Shown in pieces: positions 1 to 9,377 of a DNA stretch of 64,000 bases. Each line of letters opens with the position of its first letter. Position 1 is the first letter of the stretch. Source of the DNA: Terriglobales bacterium (GTDB lineage: Bacteria > Acidobacteriota > Terriglobia > Terriglobales > Acidobacteriaceae); NCBI GenBank assembly GCA_035624215.1, contig DASPRY010000053.1, forward strand, positions 9,119 through 73,118. Reading direction: 5' to 3'. The notes under the pieces are model-generated. The model searched no databases, had not been told where the DNA came from, and was given only the letters and a program-made list of their open reading frames with translations. Both the position numbers and the translations under genes were made by a program.

Positions 1-327
1 CGGATTGCCATTGCACGCGCCCTGCTGAAGAATGCTCCGATTTTGATTCTGGATGAAGCTACCTCCGCCTTGGACAGTGAGTCCGAGTCCTTTGTTCAAT
101 CGGCACTGGCGAACCTAATGGCCGGACGTACCGTGCTGGTGATTGCCCATCGCCTGTCCACGGTGCGCCGCGCCGACCGCATCGTGGTGCTGGAAAATGG
201 CTTCATCGCCGATATTGGCACCCACGAAGGTTTGATGAAGAAGTTCGGTACTTACCGTCGTCTTTACGATTTGCAGTTTGTGGATATTGAGCAACCGAAC
301 CTGGGGACGGCTCCGCAACGCTCCTAG
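1..327 (+). CDS. ABC transporter ATP-binding domain, C-terminal fragment (MsbA-type exporter-like); 5' end lies outside the window
   Basis: Frame 1 is open from the window edge. The translation [29 protein letters not shown]...VIAHRLST carries Walker B (ILILDEA) and the H-loop. Confidence 0.85.
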   Translation, partial: RIAIARALLKNAPILILDEATSALDSESESFVQSALANLMAGRTVLVIAHRLSTVRRADRIVVLENGFIADIGTHEGLMKKFGTYRRLYDLQFVDIEQPNLGTAPQRS

Positions 328-333
328 CCCATC

Positions 334-1221
334 ATGCCCATTCGTTCCATGACCGGATTTGCGCAAGTCAGTGGGCAGGTTAACAGTAAACTCAATTTCA
401 GCCTCGCACTCAAAGCGGTGAATCACCGTTTCCTCGATTTGCACTTCCGCATGCCGTCCGACAGTGATGCTCTGGAAATGAAGCTGCGCCACAAGCTGAA
501 AGAGCGGCTGGCGCGCGGGCATGTGGAGTTGACTCTGAATCTGCAAGCGACGGCAGGCGAACATTTTGTCTTGAATCGGCAACTGGTCGGCGGTTACATC
601 CAGGCGTTTCGCGCAGCGTCGGCTGAGTTTGGCTTGGCGGCTGAGCCCGATCTCAACGCCATTTTGCGAATTCCTGGAGCGTTGGAGTCGGCGGCTTTGC
701 CCTCGAACGAGGAACTGGATACGGTTGTGCTCTCCAAATTGGAGGAAGCTCTGCATCGTCTGAACGAAATGCGCGAGGAAGAGGGCCGGGGCACGGAGCG
801 GGAACTGCGGCAGCTCATGAAACACGTGCAACGGGATTCCCGGGAGATTGAGAAACATCGTCAGGCGACGCTGCGCACCTATAGCGAAAGGCTGAATGCG
901 CGTTTACGGGAGCTGATCGGCTCCCAAGCGGATCCGGAGCGCATTGTCCAGGAAGCCGCATTACTCGTTGATCGCAGTGACATTCAAGAGGAACTGGTGC
1001 GGCTTGAAAGCCACGTCAAGCATTTTCTGGGATTGCTGGATGCAGGCGGAGAAGTCGGCAAGAAGCTGGATTTTCTGTTACAGGAGATGAATCGGGAAGC
1101 GAATACGCTTCTCTCGAAAACTTCCGGATTGGCAGGGGAGGCGTTGAAGATCACAGAGTTCGGACTGTCGCTGAAGTCTGATATTGAAAAAGCACGGGAG
1201 CAGGTGCAGAACCTCGAATGA
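334..1221 (+). CDS. yicC: YicC-family stress-induced protein
   Basis: 295-aa ORF. The N-terminus MPIRSMTGFAQ and the length match the YicC family. ATG start at 334. Confidence 0.85.
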   Translation: MPIRSMTGFAQVSGQVNSKLNFSLALKAVNHRFLDLHFRMPSDSDALEMKLRHKLKERLARGHVELTLNLQATAGEHFVLNRQLVGGYIQAFRAASAEFGLAAEPDLNAILRIPGALESAALPSNEELDTVVLSKLEEALHRLNEMREEEGRGTERELRQLMKHVQRDSREIEKHRQATLRTYSERLNARLRELIGSQADPERIVQEAALLVDRSDIQEELVRLESHVKHFLGLLDAGGEVGKKLDFLLQEMNREANTLLSKTSGLAGEALKITEFGLSLKSDIEKAREQVQNLE

Positions 1222-1895
1222 CCAATGTGTACATCATTTCGGCGCCGTCTGGATCAGGAAAATCAACGCTGGTCGGGAAAGTGCAGCCACTCATTCCGCA
1301 CCTCGATTTTTCGGTTTCCTATACCACCCGGCAAGCGCGCGGAAACGAGCAGAATGGCCGCGAATATTTTTTTGTATCGCGGCAAGAATTTGACGAAATG
1401 GTTCGGCGCGGGGAATTCCTGGAATATGCGGAGGTGTTCGGCAATTGCTACGGCACGGCAAAGCGGTTCCTTGCCGAGGCCCAGCAAAAGGGGCATGATT
1501 TACTGCTCGATATTGACGTCCAGGGAGCCGCGCAAATCAAACGCAAGCTGCCCGAGGCGGTAAGCATTTTTATTCTGCCGCCGGATCGAAAAACCTTAGA
1601 GGCCCGTTTACGCCACCGCAGCCTCGATAAGGAAGAGGTTATCCAACGCCGGTTGGTCACGGCCAGCCGGGAGATTGAGAAATTCCGGGAATACGACTAT
1701 ATTCTGATTAACGACCGTCTGGAGGAATCCGTCGACGCGCTGAAAGCCATCCTGCTTGCAGAGCGGCTGAGAGGCTCGGGATCGACTGACGCAGCAACAT
1801 TGGCCAAAGCCGAACGTTGCCGGTTAAGCAACGTCAGCGAGCGGTTACGACCGATTTTGGCCTCATTCGCAGCAGCAATACCAGGCGGACGTTAG
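1218..1895 (+). CDS. gmk: guanylate kinase
   Basis: P-loop SAPSGSGKSTL and a YTTR motif. The ATGA overlaps the yicC stop. Confidence 0.95.
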   Translation: MTNVYIISAPSGSGKSTLVGKVQPLIPHLDFSVSYTTRQARGNEQNGREYFFVSRQEFDEMVRRGEFLEYAEVFGNCYGTAKRFLAEAQQKGHDLLLDIDVQGAAQIKRKLPEAVSIFILPPDRKTLEARLRHRSLDKEEVIQRRLVTASREIEKFREYDYILINDRLEESVDALKAILLAERLRGSGSTDAATLAKAERCRLSNVSERLRPILASFAAAIPGGR

Positions 1896-1910
1896 CGACA
1901 GGGAGAGATT

Positions 1911-2147
1911 ATGAAGTTGATGGACGGTTTTGACAGCAACTACCGCTACATTCTGGTAGCAGCCCGACGCGCCCGGCAACTGCAGGGCGGCGCACCACCA
2001 GTCATTGACACCAATTCTCGCAAACCCTGCCGCATCGCTCAGGACGAGATCAAAGCCGGCAAGGTCAAATGGATGATCCCCGAAACTCCCAAATCTGCCG
2101 CCGAAGTCGCCAGCGACGCCCTTGAGAAGGCGCTGGGGCAGGAGTAG
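1911..2147 (+). CDS. rpoZ: DNA-directed RNA polymerase subunit omega
   Basis: 78 aa with the YRYILVAARRARQLQ core. Conserved gmk-rpoZ synteny. Confidence 0.9.
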   Translation: MKLMDGFDSNYRYILVAARRARQLQGGAPPVIDTNSRKPCRIAQDEIKAGKVKWMIPETPKSAAEVASDALEKALGQE

Positions 2148-2163
2148 GAGATTGTCGATTTGA

Positions 2164-2210
2164 GATTGTTGATTTTTGATTTATCGATCGTGTGGGCGCA
2201 ATCAGCAATC
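2164..2210. repeat. inverted repeat / putative stem-loop between rpoZ and coaBC
   Basis: GATTGTTGATT (2164-2174) pairs with AATCAGCAATC (2200-2210) over 11 bp including one G-U. The loop is 25 nt. The arms are compositionally skewed (C-poor versus G-poor). Confidence 0.5.
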
Positions 2211-2229
2211 ACAATTTACACTCACCGAT

Positions 2230-3438
2230 ATGAAAATTGTTCTTGGCGTTAGCGGGGGAATCGCCGCCTACAAGGCTGCGGAGATTGTCCGTTTGCTGCA
2301 GGAGCGTGGCATTCGCGTGCAAGTGATTATGACGCGGGCCGCTCAGGAGTTTGTCCGTCCTCTCACTTTTGCGGCGTTGTCCGGCGAGAAAGTTATTACC
2401 GACATGTTCGCGGCCGGGGATGAAGCGCCCAACATCGATTCTGCGATCGAGCACATTGCGGTAGCTCAAAGCATTGATGCCTTATTGGTAGCACCCGCTA
2501 CCGCCGATGTTCTTGCCAGGTTTGCACAAGGGATTGCCAACGATTTCCTGAGTACTCTGTATCTGGCAACAACTGCTCCTGTCGTCGTTGCTCCGGCTAT
2601 GAATGTGAACATGTGGAATCACCCGGCAACGCAGGCGAATCTTGAGATCTTGAAGAAGCGGGGTGTACGCGTGGTGGAACCCGGCACGGGTTATCTAGCG
2701 TGCGGGATGACGGGGCCGGGACGACTGGCGGAAAATGAGGCCATCGTTGCCGCCGCGCTGGAAGCTTTAGGCGCATCGGAGGAACTCGGGGGAGAAACGG
2801 TCCTGATTACCGCCGGGCCTACGCGGGAAAAAATCGATCCAGTGCGCTATCTGACCAATCGCTCCAGCGGCCGCATGGGATACGCGCTCGCTGAAGCCGC
2901 GCTACGCCGCGGTGCGCGGGTTTTGTTGGTGACCGGACCCACCGCGCTTGCGCCGCCAGACGCCGCAGAAGTTACGCGAGTAGAATCTGCCGAAGACATG
3001 CGGAACGCGATATTAAAACTATTGCCGCGGGCCACCATCATTATTAAGACTGCTGCGGTGGCCGATTACCGACCCAAATCGATCCAGTCCCAGAAAATCA
3101 AGCGCACTGGTCCGATAAGCCTGGAACTTGAACCTACTGCCGATATCCTCGGCGAGATTGCGCGCCATAAGCAAGGCCAGATTGTCATTGGTTTCGCCGC
3201 GGAAACGCAGAATGCTCTCGAGAATGCACGCAAGAAACTGGCTGCGAAATCGCTGGATGCGATAGTCGTAAACGATGTCTCGCGCGAAGGTGTCGGCTTC
3301 GACTCCGACCGGAATGCGGTTACCATCATTACTCAGCACGACGTTGTCGAAGTGCCCGAGACCAGCAAGTGGGAGGTTGCGCAGCGTGTACTGGACCAGG
3401 TAATTCGTCTCCGCGAGCACAAGCCAGTACTGAAGTAG
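2230..3438 (+). CDS. coaBC: bifunctional phosphopantothenoylcysteine decarboxylase / phosphopantothenate-cysteine ligase
   Basis: MKIVLGVSGGIAAYK flavoprotein N-terminus and a CoaB C-terminal half. I chose the ATG at 2230 over the track start at 2176, because that extension runs through the hairpin above. Confidence 0.93.
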   Translation: MKIVLGVSGGIAAYKAAEIVRLLQERGIRVQVIMTRAAQEFVRPLTFAALSGEKVITDMFAAGDEAPNIDSAIEHIAVAQSIDALLVAPATADVLARFAQGIANDFLSTLYLATTAPVVVAPAMNVNMWNHPATQANLEILKKRGVRVVEPGTGYLACGMTGPGRLAENEAIVAAALEALGASEELGGETVLITAGPTREKIDPVRYLTNRSSGRMGYALAEAALRRGARVLLVTGPTALAPPDAAEVTRVESAEDMRNAILKLLPRATIIIKTAAVADYRPKSIQSQKIKRTGPISLELEPTADILGEIARHKQGQIVIGFAAETQNALENARKKLAAKSLDAIVVNDVSREGVGFDSDRNAVTIITQHDVVEVPETSKWEVAQRVLDQVIRLREHKPVLK

Positions 3439-3472
3439 GTGTTTCAACCGGGATCCACCCGGGGAAAGATTC

Positions 3473-4300
3473 ATGCCTGGTACCCTTGATCCCCAGTTTC
3501 GCCGTGCTTTGGCCGAGCGCGTTCGCTTCTACAATGAATTGGGAATCTACGACTTCTACCAGCGAGAGACGACCGACTCCATTGCCGTAAGCAGGTCTCC
3601 GATTCCAGCCGTTCCCGACGCCCAGCCAGAACAGGTGGAGGAAATGCCGCGTACCCTGGTAATGCCGGCAGCCGAGGAAGACATGTTTGCACCTCGGAAG
3701 CCGGAGTCGGGTGTGACCGATCCGCTCAAAGCGCTTCGCATCATTCGTGAAGATTTGGGCGATTGCACACGCTGCGTGCTACACAAGCAAGGGCGCAAAC
3801 AAATCGTGTTTGGAGTGGGCAATCCGAAAGCGGATTTGATGTTCATTGGCGAGGCGCCTGGGGCCGATGAAGATGAGCAGGGCGAACCATTCGTCGGCCG
3901 CGCGGGGCAGTTGCTCAACAATATGATCAAGGCCATGGGCCTGCGCCGTGCGGATGTTTACATCGCCAACATCATCAAATGCCGTCCGCCGGGCAACCGC
4001 ACGCCAGAACGCGAGGAGTGTGAAACCTGTTCGCCATTTCTGATGCGGCAAATCGAGGTGATCAAGCCCAGGGTGATTGTGGCGCTGGGCGCGATTGCCG
4101 CCAAGACGCTGTTGGCGATCAATGCCCCGATGGCGGAATTACGCGGACGCTGGTATGACTTCCGTGGAACCAAGCTGGCGGTAACTTATCACCCGGCATT
4201 TCTTTTGCGTGATCCGAGACAAAAGAAGGAAGCGTGGAAGGATTTGCAGAGGGTGATGAAGGAACTGGGGCTCCCGATACCGGCAAAGAGCCTCGAATAG
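3473..4300 (+). CDS. uracil-DNA glycosylase, family 4, with an N-terminal extension
   Basis: [23 protein letters not shown] motif and the HPAFLLR C-terminal motif. Confidence 0.9.
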   Translation: MPGTLDPQFRRALAERVRFYNELGIYDFYQRETTDSIAVSRSPIPAVPDAQPEQVEEMPRTLVMPAAEEDMFAPRKPESGVTDPLKALRIIREDLGDCTRCVLHKQGRKQIVFGVGNPKADLMFIGEAPGADEDEQGEPFVGRAGQLLNNMIKAMGLRRADVYIANIIKCRPPGNRTPEREECETCSPFLMRQIEVIKPRVIVALGAIAAKTLLAINAPMAELRGRWYDFRGTKLAVTYHPAFLLRDPRQKKEAWKDLQRVMKELGLPIPAKSLE

Positions 4301-4344
4301 AGCGCCGCCGGGGCGTGAAATGCGGGCTTAGCTGACCTTCCGCC

Positions 4345-4545
4345 TCACAGACGAAATGGCGCGCTTAAGAGTCGCGCAGGGAGCATCACTGCCGCCCAGA
4401 TCAATTCCAAAACGCCGTGCACTGCGATCCCGATGATACGAAACGGTAAAAGGAACAGCCAGATAATGGGATAAAGCACGAGCGCGAGCAGAGCCACCGG
4501 CCAGCAGACCACAAAAAGGATGCACCAGAGAAAGAAAGCCGCCAT
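4345..4545 (-). CDS. small hydrophobic membrane protein (hypothetical)
   Basis: 66-aa ORF made almost entirely of two predicted TM helices. Convergent with udg. No family recognised. Confidence 0.45.
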   Translation of the reverse strand: MAAFFLWCILFVVCWPVALLALVLYPIIWLFLLPFRIIGIAVHGVLELIWAAVMLPARLLSAPFRL

Positions 4546-4737
4546 AAGAAGTTCCTCTTCTCCCTTGCTTTAGTTTACGCAATATTGCCGGGGATAGTTC
4601 CGCGCCATGACTCAGCGGCAGGCGGGCAAATCATATCAGTCAGTTCATAAGCTACACCGAAGTACTCACGGAGGGTCGATTCGTGAACCAACCGGTGCGG
4701 GTTTTCTGATATTCTCATTCGTTTTACTCCGAGGGCA

Positions 4738-5103
4738 ATGGCAGTGGAACGGCGGGGGCAGAGACATCACCGGGAGCGGCTGGGAGAAGCCTTACGCGAA
4801 GAGATTGAGACGATGGTGGAGGGAGAGTTGGGGGATCCACGCATTGGCTTGGTGAACGTGAGCAAAGTGGAACTGGCCGAAGATTCCCGTTCGGCGCGAG
4901 TGTTTGTGGTGGTGGAAGGAGACGATGCCGAGGCTGACCGCACGCTGGCAGGGCTGGCGGGTGCCGTGGGTTTTATTCGTCGCGAAATCGCGGAGCGTTT
5001 GCACCTGCGTCGCGCCCCAGAATTGTTTTTTCAGCTGGATCGCTCGCAGAAATATGAAGCGCGCATCAACGAACTTTTGAAACGGGCCGGGAAGAACAAG
5101 TAA
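4738..5103 (+). CDS. rbfA: ribosome-binding factor A
   Basis: 121 aa with RIGLVNVSKVELAEDSRSARVFV, typical of RbfA. Confidence 0.9.
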   Translation: MAVERRGQRHHRERLGEALREEIETMVEGELGDPRIGLVNVSKVELAEDSRSARVFVVVEGDDAEADRTLAGLAGAVGFIRREIAERLHLRRAPELFFQLDRSQKYEARINELLKRAGKNK

Positions 5104-5118
5104 GTTCGGTTGGAATTC

Positions 5119-6066
5119 ATGCTGCAAGAAATTCTAAGACAAATCGAACAGCGGCAGCGGTTCCTGCTTACTTCGCATGCCCGTCCGGATGGCGATGCCG
5201 TTGGCTCGGCACTGGCCTGCAGCCAGATTTTGCGACTGATGGGCAAAGAAGCGGAAGTGGTGCTGCGCGATGGAGTTCCGCGAATCTATCAGCCGTTGCC
5301 TTTTGCTGATACGGTCGTTACCGCGGAGCGAGTCAATGGGAAGTACGAGGCGGCGATCATTCTGGAGTGCGACAGCATACAGCGCACGCGGCTGCAAGGT
5401 CTCGAAGACCGGTTCCTCATCAACATTGATCATCACGTGAGCGGCCGTCCTTTTGCGCACGTAAACTGGATCGATCCCAAAGCAGTGGCGACGGCAGAAT
5501 TGGTTTACAAATTGGCCCGCGAGGCGGGGGTGAAAATTTCTCCCGAGATTGCTACTTGCATTTATACCGCCGTATTGACGGATACAGGTTCCTTCATGTT
5601 CGAAGGCACTAACGAGCACACGTTTGCGTTGGCGCGCGAGTTAGTGTTAGCAGGCGCAGACCCGGCGCGCTGCGCGCGCAACGTCTATTTCGGGCATTCC
5701 ACGGCCAAGTTGCGGTTGTTGGGAGCCGCCCTTTCCAATCTGCATCGCGAGGGACCTCTGGCATGGATTTGGGTGACCCGGGAACAGATGGAACATGTGG
5801 GCGCGAAGGAAGAAGATTGCGAAGGTCTGGTGAACTATGCGCTGTCTATCCACGATGTCGAAGTGGCCGCCTTCTTCCGCGAGCTGCCCGATGGCCGCTT
5901 TCGCGTGAGCCTTCGTAGTAAGGGGCAACTGAACGTCTCCACGGTAGCGCAGCAGTTCGGCGGAGGTGGTCACGAGTGTGCCAGCGGCTGCGCGCTGGAT
6001 GGCCCGCTATCAGTTGCGGTTGCCCGCGTGGTAGAGCAACTGCGCCGCCGTTCTTCCGTACAATAG
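5119..6066 (+). CDS. nrnA: DHH-family phosphoesterase (NrnA-type oligoribonuclease / pAp phosphatase)
   Basis: Motifs DGDAVGS, NIDHH and GGGH. I preferred the ATG at 5119 to the TTG at 5110. Confidence 0.85.
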   Translation: MLQEILRQIEQRQRFLLTSHARPDGDAVGSALACSQILRLMGKEAEVVLRDGVPRIYQPLPFADTVVTAERVNGKYEAAIILECDSIQRTRLQGLEDRFLINIDHHVSGRPFAHVNWIDPKAVATAELVYKLAREAGVKISPEIATCIYTAVLTDTGSFMFEGTNEHTFALARELVLAGADPARCARNVYFGHSTAKLRLLGAALSNLHREGPLAWIWVTREQMEHVGAKEEDCEGLVNYALSIHDVEVAAFFRELPDGRFRVSLRSKGQLNVSTVAQQFGGGGHECASGCALDGPLSVAVARVVEQLRRRSSVQ

Positions 6067-6072
6067 TGGTCC

Positions 6073-6321
6073 ATGAACATCTCGTTGACTCTGCAACTGA
6101 TTTCATTTGTTGGGGCTCTTCTGATTCTTATCGCGTATGTCGGGCACCAGTTGCGCTTGATGGACGCGCGGCGGGCGCCCTACAACGTGCTGAATGCCGT
6201 GGGCTCGGCAATTCTCGCCTACGTAGCCTTCCATCCTTTCGAAGTGGGGTTTGTCGTACTGGAAGTCGTCTGGGCGCTAATCAGTGTGTATGCGCTCCTA
6301 AGGTCAACTATGAATTCGTGA
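6073..6321 (+). CDS. small membrane protein (CBU_0592-like, tentative)
   Basis: 82 aa with 2-3 TM helices. ATG lies 7 nt after the nrnA stop. The family name comes from memory of the sequence pattern only. Confidence 0.6.
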   Translation: MNISLTLQLISFVGALLILIAYVGHQLRLMDARRAPYNVLNAVGSAILAYVAFHPFEVGFVVLEVVWALISVYALLRSTMNS

Positions 6322-6324
6322 TCG

Positions 6325-6392
6325 TTGATTTGTGGTTGTTGAGTGAAGAGCAAGCTGGGCTCCGCAATCAAGAATCATCAATCAACCATCAA
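6325..6392. repeat. imperfect inverted repeat / stem-loop after the small membrane gene
   Basis: TTGA/TGGTTG/TTGA segments (6325-6342) pair with TCAA/CAACCA/TCAA (6378-6392), about 14 bp with two bulges. It uses the same TTGAT / GATTG / CAATC vocabulary as 2164-2210. Confidence 0.4.
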
Positions 6393-6436
6393 AACTCGAA
6401 AACCGGACTGGGTCGCCTATACGCACTGACTGGCTT

Positions 6437-8041
6437 TTGCTCGGCGGATTCTGCGGATTCCTGTTTTTCTTTGGGCTCTCCCACTTTGGATTAATCGGCG
6501 CTGACGAGCCTCGGTATGCGCAAGTCGCGCGTGAGATGCTGGCGGGTCATGATTGGGTTACGCCGGTCCTCGGAGGCAAACCTTGGCTGGAAAAGCCGCC
6601 GCTTTATTACTGGCAGGCGATGCTTGCTTACAGCCTGTTCGGGGTGAGCGACTGGGCGGCACGGCTGCCATCCGCGATGGATGCTGCGCTGATGGTAATC
6701 GTGGTCTATTTTTTTCCCGGAAAGTTTTTGCCGCGTGTGCAACTTGATGGTGCCTTAATAACAGCTTCAGCTGCAGGAATCATCGGCTTTGCGCGTGCGG
6801 CATCCACAGATATGCCCCTGGCAGCAATGTTCACGCTGGCAATGCTGGCGTGGTACGCCTGGCATGAAAGCGGGTCCAGAACGTATTTGGCTGCGAGCTA
6901 CGGTGCGCTGGGCTTGGCCACCTTAGCGAAGGGCCCGGTTGCCCCCTTGTTGGCTGCAATGATCATCTTGATATTTGCAGGTGTCAACAAAGATTACTGG
7001 TTGTTGCAGCGTACCTTTTGGAGTCCAGGCATTCTGCTTTTCTGCGTGGTTACAGTGCCGTGGTTTGTCGCGGTGCAGGTGGAGAATCCGGAATTCTTCC
7101 GCATATTTATCTTGCAGCACAATGTGGCACGTTTTGGCAGCAATCTTTATCACCATAAACAACCGTTCTGGTATTTCGTTCCTGTCACATTGTTGGGGCT
7201 GATTCCGTGGACAGTGTTGGCGTCTGTGGGGCTCATTCGAGGGCTTCGGGCATGGTGGTCAGAGCGCAACAAAGTGCTTCGATCGGAAGTCGCCCTGAAT
7301 ATGTTTCTAGTTATCTGGCTGCTCGTGCCGGTCATCTTCTTTTCCATTTCACAATCGAAGCTTCCGGGATACATTCTGCCGGTGTTACCGGCAGGAGCTT
7401 TACTAGCAGCACAATATGTTGAGCAACACGTGAAGGAGGCTGGCCGTCCTAGCGTAGCTCTTGCGGTCTTGCACGCGGTAGTGGCCGCGGCACCGATTGT
7501 GCCTGCACTGATGATCCAGTATCTCGTGCTGCAGCATCGGCTTCCCTGGGGTAAAGCGTTGGCGATCTCATGCATGTTCGCCGCAGTTCTGGTGATCGGG
7601 CTGGGTCTCTCTTTGCGCTCTCCAATTGGTTTGCGCGGGATTCGGTTTACTTTGGTGCCGGTAACGCTGGCTGTAGCGGCAGTGTTGCGTCTCGGCGGAC
7701 CCGCGCTCGACAGCACACTCTCGGCACGGCCGATTGCAGATCAGATCAGCCGAGTCGAGAAAACGCGGCTGCCGCTCGCCGTGTTCCGGGTTTCCCGTGA
7801 AATTGAGTTTGGATTGGCGTTCTATCGTAATCAAGCCATCTTGCGATACGGATCGGGAGAGATTCCTCCGATGGAGCATTTGCTGGTGGCCCCGGGAGGT
7901 TCTCAGGTTGAGGTCGCTAGGCTGGTGCCAGGGCGGCGCGTCTCCTACTTGGGAAGCTTTGCGCCGCAAGGGCTGGATTATTACTGGATAGCAGGAGCCA
8001 GCAGTCAGCACTCCACGGTCAGCACGCAGCCGTATCATTGA
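6437..8041 (+). CDS. glycosyltransferase family 39 (ArnT/PMT-like, dolichyl/undecaprenyl-phosphate-sugar dependent)
   Basis: 534-aa polytopic membrane protein with the DEPRYAQVAREM motif after TM1. TTG is the first start after an in-frame stop at 6344. Confidence 0.85.
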   Translation: MLGGFCGFLFFFGLSHFGLIGADEPRYAQVAREMLAGHDWVTPVLGGKPWLEKPPLYYWQAMLAYSLFGVSDWAARLPSAMDAALMVIVVYFFPGKFLPRVQLDGALITASAAGIIGFARAASTDMPLAAMFTLAMLAWYAWHESGSRTYLAASYGALGLATLAKGPVAPLLAAMIILIFAGVNKDYWLLQRTFWSPGILLFCVVTVPWFVAVQVENPEFFRIFILQHNVARFGSNLYHHKQPFWYFVPVTLLGLIPWTVLASVGLIRGLRAWWSERNKVLRSEVALNMFLVIWLLVPVIFFSISQSKLPGYILPVLPAGALLAAQYVEQHVKEAGRPSVALAVLHAVVAAAPIVPALMIQYLVLQHRLPWGKALAISCMFAAVLVIGLGLSLRSPIGLRGIRFTLVPVTLAVAAVLRLGGPALDSTLSARPIADQISRVEKTRLPLAVFRVSREIEFGLAFYRNQAILRYGSGEIPPMEHLLVAPGGSQVEVARLVPGRRVSYLGSFAPQGLDYYWIAGASSQHSTVSTQPYH

Positions 8042-8170
8042 GAGTGCAGGCATCACCACGTCCGAGGCTGACATGCTGAGTGCTGGTTGTTGCCGGTCCG
8101 TGTTCCCCTATTTGCCTCTATTCAGCAAAGCAACTACACTCGCTTTTTTGCGTCTGACTAGGAGGACGCA

Positions 8171-9145
8171 ATGGCCGCGGTAGCGCTGCAGGAGCCCCGG
8201 GTGGAGATTCTCGATCTCAGGCATTTCTCTTCGGTTGACCTGCGTCCCCTGTTGGCAGATGAAATCGCAGTGTGGGAACGCCTGCTTTCGTGGGATTACA
8301 GCGGCTCCGCCGACATGATCCTGCGCTACATTGATGCCAAAATTCTTCCGGGGTACGCCGCCCTGGATCGCGGGCGGGTGTTCGGGTACGCCTTTTTTGT
8401 GTATGAAGGGAACAAAGGCGTGATCGGCGATCTGTTCGTTGCGAACGCGCGGCGCTTGCCCGATGCGCATGAGGTGGAATCGCGGCTGGCCATGCACGTT
8501 ATTGAAACCCTGCAGCAGTCGCCTGGCATTCATCGGGTTGAGGCCCAATTGCTGGTGCATGAGGCGAGCGCGGTGGCGCGACCGTTTCTTGAGCAGGGTT
8601 TCAGCCGGCATGCACGCTTGTTTATGGTCCTGCCGCTGGAAACCGGAGGCATCAGCCCAATTCCGTCGCAAGCGGAGATTGAAATTCGGCGCTGGTCGGA
8701 GCAGGACTATCAGTCAGCGGCCGCGATCATCACTACCTCCTACCGTGGACACGTAGATTCCGAGATCAACGACCAGTACCGCACGCTGAGCGGCTCGCTG
8801 CGGTTTCTCAATAATATTGTGCGATTTCCCGGATGCGGTACCTTCGACTCGGAATCGTCGTTTGTGGCTGTACACAAGCGGTCGCGAACGCTGGTGGGAT
8901 TGATTCTATGCTCGCGCGTGCGCCGTGATGTTGGCCACGTTACGCAAGTATGCGTGCTGCCAGAATATCGCTCGTTGAGAATCGGAGAGGCGTTGATGGA
9001 CTACACTGCCGCCAATCTTCGGCAGAGGAAGTTTTCTCTGCTGTCTTTAACGGTGACGGAAGCCAACAGACGGGCCGTTGATCTTTATCTTCGCCTTGGA
9101 TACGACGTGAAGCAAGTGTTTGATGCGTTTGTCTGGGAAGGATAG
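8171..9145 (+). CDS. GNAT-family N-acetyltransferase (two-domain)
   Basis: The C-terminal half has the GNAT motif-A-like segment YRSLRIGEALM. RBS is TAGGAGGAcgcaATG. Confidence 0.75.
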   Translation: MAAVALQEPRVEILDLRHFSSVDLRPLLADEIAVWERLLSWDYSGSADMILRYIDAKILPGYAALDRGRVFGYAFFVYEGNKGVIGDLFVANARRLPDAHEVESRLAMHVIETLQQSPGIHRVEAQLLVHEASAVARPFLEQGFSRHARLFMVLPLETGGISPIPSQAEIEIRRWSEQDYQSAAAIITTSYRGHVDSEINDQYRTLSGSLRFLNNIVRFPGCGTFDSESSFVAVHKRSRTLVGLILCSRVRRDVGHVTQVCVLPEYRSLRIGEALMDYTAANLRQRKFSLLSLTVTEANRRAVDLYLRLGYDVKQVFDAFVWEG

Positions 9146-9150
9146 CATTC

Positions 9151-9199
9151 AGCAGGCACCGAGCACTTGGCATCTAGCAGTTGGCATTCGGGCACTAGC
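9151..9199. repeat. 3' intergenic word-repeat element (copy 1)
   Basis: AGCAGGCA (9151-9158) followed by GCACTTGGCATCTAGC (9163-9178). GCAGTTGGCAT (9177-9187) is a direct near-repeat of GCACTTGGCAT. Related to 25897-25930. Confidence 0.55.
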
Positions 9200-9377
9200 G
9201 CCTGAGTATCCACATCACCCAGCCGGCCACGAACACGCCGCCCACAAACATGACGAAGCAATACAAGCCATAGCGTATCTGGTCCCGCGAGGTGTTGCGC
9301 TGCGTAATACCAAACACGATCGAGGCGAAGACCGAGAACAGTAGAGCAGCAGAAAAGTGAGAAAGCGCAAGGGTCAC
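9195..9377 (-). CDS. small membrane protein (hypothetical)
   Basis: 60 aa with two TM helices. The start overlaps the stop of the upstream gene by 4 nt (9374-9377). Confidence 0.5.
   Translation of the reverse strand: MTLALSHFSAALLFSVFASIVFGITQRNTSRDQIRYGLYCFVMFVGGVFVAGWVMWILRR

Noticed and set aside
115-858. 247-aa ORF on the minus strand
   Set aside because: It lies antisense to the well-supported ABC fragment and yicC. It is Arg/Leu/His-rich shadow-frame sequence typical of GC-rich DNA.
2176-2229. N-terminal extension of coaBC in the ORF track
   Set aside because: The extension runs through the 2164-2210 hairpin, and the flavoprotein fold starts at MKIVLGVSGG (ATG 2230).
8127-8149. AAAGC-N10-GCTTT hairpin plus T-run as a terminator after the GT39 gene
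   Set aside because: The stem is only 5 bp and AT-rich, which is too weak to call.
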